From: an uncultured Flavobacteriaceae bacterium
GTDB taxonomy: Bacteria > Bacteroidota > Bacteroidia > Flavobacteriales > Flavobacteriaceae
Assembly: GCA_937923515.1 (NCBI GenBank)
Contig: CALDUF010000057.1
Span: 230 to 64,229 of the forward strand
DNA length: 64,000 nucleotides
Reading direction: 5' to 3'
A model generated the notes under the pieces. That model did no database searches. It was not told where the DNA came from and was given only the letters and a program-made list of their open reading frames with translations. This document shows, piece by piece, positions 48,392 through 56,773 of the stretch. A program made the translations under genes and the position numbers. Each line of letters opens with the position of its first letter. Within the stretch, counting starts at the first letter, position 1.

Positions 48392-50695
48392 TTATCTTTT
48401 TATCTTTTTCTTAAAGTTTTCAAACTCGCCTTCTGTTTCTTTTTTAGGCCATGAGTTGTTAGACGTATCCACATCTGCAGTTCCTAAATTAGGATCAATC
48501 GTAATATTTATAATTTCTTTATCACTCGCTATGGCTTTACTTACCTCGTTATCATTTAATCGCCAAATTTGAGCTGGATACTTTATCATTTTTTTACTAC
48601 CATCGGCATAGGTATATTCTACTATAATTGGCATCACCAAACCTCCTGGTTTTTCAAACGTTATATTATAAAAGTATTTTGGCGTTTTAATCTTTTGGCG
48701 TTCTTCCTCAGAAAAATTATCCATTAAATACTCTTTAACCGTTTTTAGTTCTGCTGGATTTTGATTTTTCATCGCTGACTTAAAATCTTCGCTTCCCTCT
48801 TCTACCATGTATACTAGCGGTCTTAACTGCTTTTTCTTGATACCTCGCTCTTTCATAATATCTTTCATATAAGCGTTAGGTTCAGCTGATACGTAAAGCT
48901 TCTTAACATCCTTAATACCTATATCCACCCAATCGGTTGTGTAAAACCATCCTCTCCAAAACCAGTCTAAATCGAATGCCGAGGCATCTTCCATAGTTCT
49001 AAAAAAGTCTTCTGGTGTTGGGTGTTTAAACATCCATCGCTGTGAATATTCTTTAAAGGCATAATCAAACAGTTCGCGCCCCATTACAGCTTCTCTTAAA
49101 ATATTTAAAGCGGTTGCAGGTTTGCCATATGCATTATTACCAAACTGGTAGGTATTGATACCTTTGGTCATAATTGGTGCAATATAGCTCTGGTCGCCAC
49201 TCATGTAAGGCACAATTTTTTTAGCAGGACCTCTTCTATGCGGGAACTCTGTATCGCCTTCTGCTAATGCATCTGGGTAAGCTTCAGCAAAATCTATTTG
49301 TGCTACATACTGTACAAAACTGTTTAGACCTTCGTCCATCCAAGTCCACTGGCGCTCATCACTATTTACAATCATCGGGAAAAAGTTATGCCCCACTTCA
49401 TGTATAATTACTCCCATCATACCATAACGTACACGTGCACTGTAGGTACCATCTTCTTTTGGCCTACCGTAATTCCAACAAATCATAGGATATTCCATTC
49501 CTTGATTTTTAGCATGAACCGATATGGCTTTGTGGTACGGATAATCAAACGTCATTCTAGAATACGTTTTTAAAGTGCTAGCCACTGCTTTAGTAGACCA
49601 ATCTTCCCAAAGTGGATTTCCTTCTTTTGGATACATAGATACCGCCATAACATCCTTATCGCCTACCTTAACGTTCATCATGTCCCAAATAAATCGTCTA
49701 GAGGTTGCAAATCCAAAGTCGCGCACATTTTCTGCCTTTAGCTTCCATGTTTTCGTCTCGTTTGAAAATTCTTTTGATGCAGCTTCAGCTTCTTCTTGAG
49801 TAACAATTAAAACAGGCTCGTTATAAGACTTTTTAGCTTGTTCGTAACGCTGCATCATTGTTTTAGAAAATACATCTTTTCTGTTGGTAAGCACACCTGT
49901 ACCATCTAAAATATGGTCTGCAGGTACCGTGATATTCACTTCATAATCTCCAAAAGGTAGTGCAAACTCGTCGCGCCCCCAAAATTGAGAATTTTGCCAT
50001 CCTTCTACATCACTATATACTGCCATTCTTGGAAAGAATTGAGCAATTACATAAGCTTTGTTTCCATCATCAGGAAAAAGCTCATACCCAGAGCGTCCTC
50101 TTTTCTTAACATGGTCGTTTATATTATACCACCATTTTATAGAAAACGAAAACGCATCGCCTTTAGCCATAGGCTTTGGCAATTCAACACGCATCATGGT
50201 ACGGTTAATCATGTATTGTAACGGTGTCCCATTTGTGTTTTTAACCTCTTCAATATTGAAACCACCATCAAACGGTTCAGTAAGATAATTATCTGTAAAT
50301 TGACTTGGGCGCATTACTGGCGCTACATCATCACTTTCAATTAGAGGTGATTGAGAGTCTTTAGCACGCTTGTTTTGATCTAGTTGCACCCATAAATACT
50401 TTAATTCATCAGGTGAATTATTTGTATAAGTTATGGTTTCAAAACCTGAAAGTTTAGCGTTTTTATCGTCTAAAACAATATCCATTTTGTAATCTGCCTG
50501 CTGCTGGTAGTAGGCATGACCCGGTGCTCCTGATGCTGCTCTATACACATTAGGTGTAGAAAACTCATCGTACAATTGTTTAAATTTGTTGGTGTTTGTG
50601 TGTCCTTTTTTTGGAGCAGAAGCCTCTTGCTCTTGAGCATTAATACCCGTTGTAATAAAAACAACAGATAAAACATAGTACAGAAGATGTTTCAT
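48392..50695 (-). CDS. Secreted M1 family zinc aminopeptidase
   Basis: GMEYP and HEVGH-x18-E (WMDEG) motifs; signal peptide. Confidence 0.93.
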   Translation of the reverse strand: MKHLLYYVLSVVFITTGINAQEQEASAPKKGHTNTNKFKQLYDEFSTPNVYRAASGAPGHAYYQQQADYKMDIVLDDKNAKLSGFETITYTNNSPDELKYLWVQLDQNKRAKDSQSPLIESDDVAPVMRPSQFTDNYLTEPFDGGFNIEEVKNTNGTPLQYMINRTMMRVELPKPMAKGDAFSFSIKWWYNINDHVKKRGRSGYELFPDDGNKAYVIAQFFPRMAVYSDVEGWQNSQFWGRDEFALPFGDYEVNITVPADHILDGTGVLTNRKDVFSKTMMQRYEQAKKSYNEPVLIVTQEEAEAASKEFSNETKTWKLKAENVRDFGFATSRRFIWDMMNVKVGDKDVMAVSMYPKEGNPLWEDWSTKAVASTLKTYSRMTFDYPYHKAISVHAKNQGMEYPMICWNYGRPKEDGTYSARVRYGMMGVIIHEVGHNFFPMIVNSDERQWTWMDEGLNSFVQYVAQIDFAEAYPDALAEGDTEFPHRRGPAKKIVPYMSGDQSYIAPIMTKGINTYQFGNNAYGKPATALNILREAVMGRELFDYAFKEYSQRWMFKHPTPEDFFRTMEDASAFDLDWFWRGWFYTTDWVDIGIKDVKKLYVSAEPNAYMKDIMKERGIKKKQLRPLVYMVEEGSEDFKSAMKNQNPAELKTVKEYLMDNFSEEERQKIKTPKYFYNITFEKPGGLVMPIIVEYTYADGSKKMIKYPAQIWRLNDNEVSKAIASDKEIINITIDPNLGTADVDTSNNSWPKKETEGEFENFKKKIKR

Positions 50696-50803
50696 TTAAT
50701 ATTATGATTTTTAATAAAAATTGTTAATTACGCTAACAAATTATAGTCATTTAGCGCGCAATGCAGACAAAAATAAGATTTTACCGCAGTAATAAACTTT
50801 AAT

Positions 50804-51304
50804 TTAATTAAAATTTAACACTGCGCTATCTTTTTGTTTTGTAAGCACATAACTCTTTTTTTTAGAGTTAATATCTAACTTTATGATATTTTGTTGTTCT
50901 TCAAACAAATCAAACAACACTTGGTTTGTAATTTCAATAGTTTTTACTTGCGATACATCCTCAATTTCTAAATAACATTTTACAATACCCATGTCTATTT
51001 CTTTTCCTAAAAATACAGCATCGGTAGCTATTTCATTTATTTTTAGATTTAGCTTTTCTTTTAAATACTTTTTAATATAAACGTCTATGGTTTCAGTATC
51101 ATCATCAAACGTTAAAGTAGCGTCGTAACGTTCTTTAAGTACGTTTTCAAAATCATCAATAAACACTCTGGTAATAATTTGTATAGATTTTTTAGCCTCT
51201 ACATACTCAATTTGTGTATTACTTATGTAGTATTTGTGCGCTGTACTAAATGCAGACAGTAATACTATTAAAAAAAACGGTAGTATTAATTTAAAGGTGT
51301 TCAT
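50804..51304 (-). CDS. DUF6702-like secreted protein
   Basis: Signal peptide ending at AHKYYIS; RVFIDD and QQNII motifs. Confidence 0.75.
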   Translation of the reverse strand: MNTFKLILPFFLIVLLSAFSTAHKYYISNTQIEYVEAKKSIQIITRVFIDDFENVLKERYDATLTFDDDTETIDVYIKKYLKEKLNLKINEIATDAVFLGKEIDMGIVKCYLEIEDVSQVKTIEITNQVLFDLFEEQQNIIKLDINSKKKSYVLTKQKDSAVLNFN

Positions 51305-51363
51305 AAGTAATAATAATAGTGGCTAAAATAGTTATTTTATCAATTTCAAAACCTATGCCAAAA

Positions 51364-52122
51364 TTAATCCTCATTTTGGTTGGCTTTATACTGTTGCAGT
51401 TTTTTGTTCAAAAATTCTAAAACAACCATATCAGACGCTCCTGCACAGGTTTTGTAAAAGTTCTCATCCATTTCACAGAAATAAAAAAAATCTGTTCTAT
51501 AGGTTTCATCTAAAGTATCTATAATGAATAAACTTTTAGAAAAGTTTTTTCTTATTTTATTAATAAGCGCATCATTACGTTCGTGCGCTATTCGCTTTTT
51601 AAGCATTTTTGTTCTACCCGTAATTGCATTTAAAATAGGGTTTAGAGGTATGCCTGCGCCACTTGTAGTTGCTTCATTCAATCGTCTTTCGCTTTGCGTG
51701 GCTAGCTTACCAGTATAACCTGGTATACCAACGTCGTAAAAATTAATTGGCGCTTTACCTTCTACATTTCCAATGTCTGAACTTAAATCGCCCGTAAGCA
51801 CTTTACCAATGGTAATTTGGTTTAATGTAGTAATGTGTTCTTCTAAACTAACTGTAATGGTTTTTGATGTTATAATATCTTTTGTAATTACAACTGTTTT
51901 TAAATTGTGCTGTACCGAAGAAAATTTTAAAGTATCATACAATCGAACAGGAATTACAAATGCACCACTTTTATCAGTAATTGTGAATTTTTGAGCTGTT
52001 GTGTTGATTACGTGGATATTCTCAACATCGGCAGTACTTTCTACGTTGCCAGAAATAGTTACAGATTGAGACCTCCCAAACTGAAATAAAAGCAATACAA
52101 ATACTAGTAATTTTATCTTCAA
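51364..52122 (-). CDS. CarboxypepD_reg-like domain protein
   Basis: ITDKSGAFVI...DTLKFSSVQH...LNQITI; TTG start. Confidence 0.78.
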   Translation of the reverse strand: MKIKLLVFVLLLFQFGRSQSVTISGNVESTADVENIHVINTTAQKFTITDKSGAFVIPVRLYDTLKFSSVQHNLKTVVITKDIITSKTITVSLEEHITTLNQITIGKVLTGDLSSDIGNVEGKAPINFYDVGIPGYTGKLATQSERRLNEATTSGAGIPLNPILNAITGRTKMLKKRIAHERNDALINKIRKNFSKSLFIIDTLDETYRTDFFYFCEMDENFYKTCAGASDMVVLEFLNKKLQQYKANQNED

Positions 52123-52208
52123 AAGCGAATAATTAAAACGTAAATAACGCTACTATTCTCTTAAAGAAAATTAAAAATTCTTTTAAACTTTTCTTAAATC
52201 GCTACAGT

Positions 52209-53012
52209 TTACTGCTTATCCTTTTTTAAAAACGCTATACTTTTTTGATTCAAAAGTTCTAAAAACTCCAATTCTCTACCGTAGTTAAGCAACGTAAAAT
52301 CAAAGTCGCCACTTTCAACAAAGGCTATAAAATCTTCAACACGATGTTCTGGAATATTAAAATTATCCACCAAAAACTCCGAAGCAAAATAATATTTAAT
52401 AGCCTCTGCAGGCACTACTGGCATATCTTTAGCCTTTTTAACCTTAGCTTCTGATCTAAAAATGGGTAATAACAACTGGTCTACAACATTAACTATGTTT
52501 AAACCATTGTATAATCTATTGCGTTGTATATCATCACCAATATTGGTTACCTCAGTCTTATAATCGGTTTCAAAATTATACTCGCTACTACGTTTCACAC
52601 CAAAGTAAAGCGCATCTAGTTTAGGGTTAAACGTTTTAGACGCTTCCATATCGGTAATTAAATCACCTGTTAAACCCTTAGTTTTCAAAATAATTTCATC
52701 AAGCTTATTAATTTCCTCTATTAAAAATATTTTCATATTCTTAGATGCAATAATGTCCTTATTTACTTTGAAATTCAAATTCTGAAATTGTAGCGCACTC
52801 ACCTCAATCACATCATTTTCAGCCACGGCTATAGTAAATTCACCTTTATCATCGGTAATAGTACCTTTATTTGCCGATGCATTAAAAATAGTAATCCCAG
52901 ACACATCGCTGTGCTCTACAACAATCTTACCTTCAACATCTGTTCTTGTTACATTTTGGGCAGTAAAATTTAAGGCGGTAAAAATTGCAAAAAGGCATAA
53001 AATATGTTTCAT
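52209..53012 (-). CDS. CarboxypepD_reg-like domain protein (paralog)
   Basis: GTITDDKGEFTI...LDEIIL; start ATG 53012 after TACTTTTG at 53028-53035. Confidence 0.78.
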   Translation of the reverse strand: MKHILCLFAIFTALNFTAQNVTRTDVEGKIVVEHSDVSGITIFNASANKGTITDDKGEFTIAVAENDVIEVSALQFQNLNFKVNKDIIASKNMKIFLIEEINKLDEIILKTKGLTGDLITDMEASKTFNPKLDALYFGVKRSSEYNFETDYKTEVTNIGDDIQRNRLYNGLNIVNVVDQLLLPIFRSEAKVKKAKDMPVVPAEAIKYYFASEFLVDNFNIPEHRVEDFIAFVESGDFDFTLLNYGRELEFLELLNQKSIAFLKKDKQ

Positions 53013-53160
53013 AGTATAAATTTTAAACAAAAGTATCGCTATTAATCCAGCAATCTTATCTTTTTATTAAAAATACAACTTTAAATACACTCTCAAAACT
53101 AAAGCTATCCTTAATATTTGTTAAAAATTTAATTAGTTTTAGCATTTATATACCATAAAA

Positions 53161-53868
53161 ATGAAACATATTATTATCGCCAGCACCTCTACAGTACATG
53201 GTAGCGGCTATTTAGAATACATCACAAACCCGCTTGCAACTTTGTTTAAAAACGTTACAACCGTACTTTTTATACCCTATGCAAGACCCAGTGGCATATC
53301 GCATGACGCGTATACCGAAATTGCAAAAAAAGCATTCCAAAAACTAGGCAAAAACGTAGTTGGCATCCACAGCTTTAAAAACCCAGCCGAAGCCATACAA
53401 AACGCTCAAGCCATTTTTACTGGTGGCGGTAATACCTTTGTGCTCACCAACCAATTACACAAAAACAAGTTACTAGTACCGCTAAAACATGCTATAGAAA
53501 ATGGCACACCCTATTTGGGCACCAGCGCAGGAAGCAATATTTGTGGCTTAACCATAAAAAACACTAACGATATGCCCATCGTTTACCCGCCAAGTTTTAA
53601 TGCCTTGGGCCTTGTGCCCTTCAATATAAATCCGCATTATTTAGATCCAGATACTACAAGCAAGCACATGGGCGAAACCCGAGAAACCCGCATTAAAGAG
53701 TTCCACCAGTACAACACCCAACCCGTAGTAGGGCTTCGCGAAGGCAGTTGGCTTTTAGTAAAAAATAACGAAATTGTATTAAAAGGCGAATTACCAGCTA
53801 GAATTTTTGAATACAACACACCAGCCTACGAAGTTAAAAGCGGTACAACCTTAACCCATTTAAAATAA
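53161..53868 (+). CDS. pepE: Dipeptidase E (S51, Asp-specific)
   Basis: FIPYA, GGGNTF, GTSAGS, INPHY and HMGETRE motifs. Confidence 0.95.
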   Translation: MKHIIIASTSTVHGSGYLEYITNPLATLFKNVTTVLFIPYARPSGISHDAYTEIAKKAFQKLGKNVVGIHSFKNPAEAIQNAQAIFTGGGNTFVLTNQLHKNKLLVPLKHAIENGTPYLGTSAGSNICGLTIKNTNDMPIVYPPSFNALGLVPFNINPHYLDPDTTSKHMGETRETRIKEFHQYNTQPVVGLREGSWLLVKNNEIVLKGELPARIFEYNTPAYEVKSGTTLTHLK

Positions 53869-53871
53869 TAA

Positions 53872-54030
53872 TTATGGCGGGTTTTTTCTAAAAAACCGCG
53901 CTATCCACTATATCTTTTTGCTGTGCTGTACAGTTTATTTAGGTTAGTTGCAATAAAGTATTATTAAGCTTAAACCTATAATTTTCAACCTAAAAAAAGC
54001 AAAAAGGATGCCGTTACTATCGCTCCCGCA
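53872..54030 (-). ncRNA. Flavo-1-like structured RNA/repeat element, copy 4
   Basis: Minus strand TGCGGGAGCGATAGTAACGGCATCCTTTTTGC...GCAAAAAGATATAGTGGATAGCGCGG...CCCGCCATAA; compensatory changes relative to copies 1 and 2. Confidence 0.78.
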
Positions 54031-54093
54031 CCCATCCGCCAAAGCCATTGCTAGTAAAATAATATTGGGATGTATTTGCTAAAAATACAGCAT

Positions 54094-54125
54094 AAAAAAA
54101 GCCTCGTTTATAAAACGAAGCTTTT
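54094..54125 (-). terminator. Terminator after tRNA-Gly
   Basis: A-run AGCCTCGTTT-ATA-AAACGAAGCTTTT. Confidence 0.75.
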
Positions 54126-54127
54126 AG

Positions 54128-54200
54128 AGCGGGAGACCAGGTTCGAACTGGCGACATTCAGCTTGGAAGGCTGACGCTCTACCAACTGAGCTACTCCCGC
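54128..54200 (-). tRNA. tRNA-Gly (anticodon TCC)
   Basis: GCGGGAG acceptor stem, D arm GCTC/GAGC, anticodon loop CTTCCAA, TTCGAAC T-loop; no encoded CCA; TATATTTG promoter at 54211-54218. Confidence 0.97.
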
Positions 54201-54247
54201 ATTAGCGTTGCAAATATATAACCCTTCGCAAACTCTCCAAAAAAAAT

Positions 54248-54673
54248 TTACAATTTCTTTAAAAAATGATACCCTAAAATTTCAAAGCCCTCATTGTAAT
54301 AAAATTTATGAGATGCAAAATTATTAACATACGTATTTAGTTCAACCGTATTACAATTTTTACGTTTCACATAATCGTAAATCCATTTAAAAAACTGTTT
54401 TCCAACACCTTTACCTCTATACAATTCTTCAATATAAACATGATCTACCTCAACAGTTTTTCCAACATAATGGCGCGTACAAAACCATAAACCACACACA
54501 CCTATAATTTTAGTAGTATCAAAAACAACAGCGCACTCATAATTTTGAGTGGCCATCTCTAAAAAGCGAGCTTCTAAAACAGCTTTTGGCACTTTAAAAT
54601 CATTCAACTTTTCAACTAAAGGCACAACACGCAGTATATCGGTAGTATCTAGAATTTCAAACCTAAAATCCAT
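54248..54673 (-). CDS. GNAT family N-acetyltransferase
   Basis: YRGKGVGK and HKFYYNEGF motifs. Confidence 0.88.
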   Translation of the reverse strand: MDFRFEILDTTDILRVVPLVEKLNDFKVPKAVLEARFLEMATQNYECAVVFDTTKIIGVCGLWFCTRHYVGKTVEVDHVYIEELYRGKGVGKQFFKWIYDYVKRKNCNTVELNTYVNNFASHKFYYNEGFEILGYHFLKKL

Positions 54674-54759
54674 TTGTATTTTTTAAAGTGAATATACACA
54701 AATTGATTACAATTAATTTTAATAAGTTTGAATACCGCTTTAAGTACATCAAAAAAATA

Positions 54760-55212
54760 ATGACGCATCAGCATTTTAAAATCAAACTCATATCTGCCAA
54801 AGACACCTACGCCGTAAGGCATCCCATTTTAAGAAAAGGCAAGCCTGTAGAAACCTGCGCTTTTAATGGAGACAATCTTAAAAGCACGTTTCATCTTGGA
54901 CTGTATAACACTAACACACTAATAGGAGTGGCTTCTTTTATGAAAGCTCCTAATAATTTATTTGACAACGCCACGCAATACCAACTTAGAGGAATGGCAA
55001 TTTTAAAATCTTTTCAAGGTAAAAATCTTGGACACACGCTATTAGAGTATGGAGAAAACTTGTTAAAACAAAACCACTGTAATTTAGTATGGTGTAACGC
55101 CAGAGTAGTTGCTTTAAATTTTTATAAACGTAATGGTTATAAAACTATTGGCAACGTTTTTAATATTCCAGAAGTAGGCGAACACTACACCATGTATAAA
55201 TTGTTAACCTAA
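54760..55212 (+). CDS. GNAT family N-acetyltransferase
   Basis: QLRGMA, FQGKNLG, WCNAR and FYKRNGY; start ATG 54760 after TAAGTTTG at 54723-54730. Confidence 0.88.
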   Translation: MTHQHFKIKLISAKDTYAVRHPILRKGKPVETCAFNGDNLKSTFHLGLYNTNTLIGVASFMKAPNNLFDNATQYQLRGMAILKSFQGKNLGHTLLEYGENLLKQNHCNLVWCNARVVALNFYKRNGYKTIGNVFNIPEVGEHYTMYKLLT

Positions 55213-55293
55213 GGCTTCGTGACACTTTAAATAAAATGTGTCATACATATATAAGCCAAATTTTGTAATTTAATAGCCTAAAAACCATCTAAA

Positions 55294-56061
55294 ATGAGAG
55301 GAAGAAGTTTTAAAGTAAGACTGCTAATTGGTGCAGCTATAGCTATATTTTTTGTTTTAAAACGTTGCAGTCAACGCGAAGAAAACCCGTATACGGGTAG
55401 AATGCAAACCATATCAATGTCGCCCGAAAAAGAAATAGCTATTGGGCTGCAAAGTGCACCACAAATGGCACAACAACATGGCGGTTTACACCCAGACACA
55501 AAATTGCAAGCCTTAGTAGATAATGTAGGTAATAAACTGGTGAATAGCAGTATTGCGCAAGAAACACCTTACGAATACGAATTTCATTTACTAAACGACC
55601 CTAGAACCATAAACGCATTTGCATTACCTGGCGGACAAATATTTATCACCTATGCCTTAATGGAAAAATTACAAAACGAAGACCAACTTGCTGGTGTTTT
55701 AGGTCATGAAATTGGGCACGTTCTTGGACGGCATAGTGCAGAACGTATCGCTGAAAGCGAATATTGGCAAGGGCTTGCTACCGCGGGTTCTGTTGGTGCA
55801 GATATGGGCGGACTTGTAGGTGGTATTGGCCAACAAAAACTATTAACTAACGGGCGTGATGATGAATTAGAAAGTGACGATTTAGGCGTAAGATTTATGA
55901 TTAGAGCTGGATATAACCCAAAGGAAATGATTGGTGTTATGAAAATTTTAAAGGAAGCCGCTGGCCCAAATCGTGTGCCAGAGTTTCAAAGCACGCATCC
56001 AGATCCAGACAATAGAATAGAGAAAATAGAAGAAGCTATAGATAAATACAGAAATTTGTAA
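55294..56061 (+). CDS. M48 family metalloprotease
   Basis: INAFALPGG, HEIGH, ELESD and STHP motifs. Confidence 0.92.
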   Translation: MRGRSFKVRLLIGAAIAIFFVLKRCSQREENPYTGRMQTISMSPEKEIAIGLQSAPQMAQQHGGLHPDTKLQALVDNVGNKLVNSSIAQETPYEYEFHLLNDPRTINAFALPGGQIFITYALMEKLQNEDQLAGVLGHEIGHVLGRHSAERIAESEYWQGLATAGSVGADMGGLVGGIGQQKLLTNGRDDELESDDLGVRFMIRAGYNPKEMIGVMKILKEAAGPNRVPEFQSTHPDPDNRIEKIEEAIDKYRNL

Positions 56062-56062
56062 C

Positions 56063-56090
56063 AAAAAAAAGCCCTCGATAGAGGGCTTTT
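56063..56090. terminator. Bidirectional terminator between the M48 and ankyrin genes
   Basis: AAAAGCCCTC-GATA-GAGGGCTTTT. Confidence 0.85.
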
Positions 56091-56128
56091 AAGAGCGACT
56101 AACTCAAAATAATTATATAAAATTGTAA

Positions 56129-56524
56129 TTATTTTTTCTTTTTAGTTAATGCGTCAGCCAAAACTTTTTCGGCGTCTACAGCCTTATGCAACTTAGCATA
56201 CTTCATAGCTGTCATACCTTTACTAGATTTTAGTTTTAACTTCGCACCATTTTTAATTAATAGTTTTAAAATATCACACCTGTTGTACTTTGCAGCATAC
56301 ATTGCAGGTGTCATACCATTAGATTTTTCGTTTACATTAGTACCTAACTCAATTAATTTTTTAACTGTAGTTATATCGCCTTTAGCGATAGAAACACAAA
56401 ACGGGTTTACATTTGTAATAGCTTGTGTGCTGAAAAATTTAGTAGACTCAAATGAGGTTTTAGCATGTAAGCTGATAATAGAAAAGCATAATGCGATTGC
56501 GGAAATGATGATTGTTTTTTTCAT
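56129..56524 (-). CDS. Secreted ankyrin-repeat protein
   Basis: Signal peptide; GMTPAMYAA...LLIKNGA and GMTAMKYA repeats. Confidence 0.88.
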   Translation of the reverse strand: MKKTIIISAIALCFSIISLHAKTSFESTKFFSTQAITNVNPFCVSIAKGDITTVKKLIELGTNVNEKSNGMTPAMYAAKYNRCDILKLLIKNGAKLKLKSSKGMTAMKYAKLHKAVDAEKVLADALTKKKK

Positions 56525-56773
56525 GATGAAAGATTTTAATTTGATTAATGATTTGTTTTTTGATTATACTAAAGAGACGACATAAAAATTAAATTGTTAC
56601 ACAAAAAATTATTAAATAACACTTTTTTAACCTTTCCTTCACTCTGTTTTATGATTTGTAACACCACACACGCATATAAAAACGATATGATTTTACCTAG
56701 TAATTTTAATGAACAACACCTACTACAATCCCTTAAATTCCTTATATTTGCGGCTTAAATCAAACCAATAAAA

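Noticed and set aside
11128-54030. Reading the repeats as a CRISPR array, riboswitches or IS ends
   Set aside because: They are dispersed rather than tandem, inconsistently oriented to genes, and have no terminal inverted repeats, transposase or cas gene in the window.
54128-54200. tRNA-Gly as an integration site for an island
   Set aside because: No integrase and no duplicated tRNA 3' end seen in the window.
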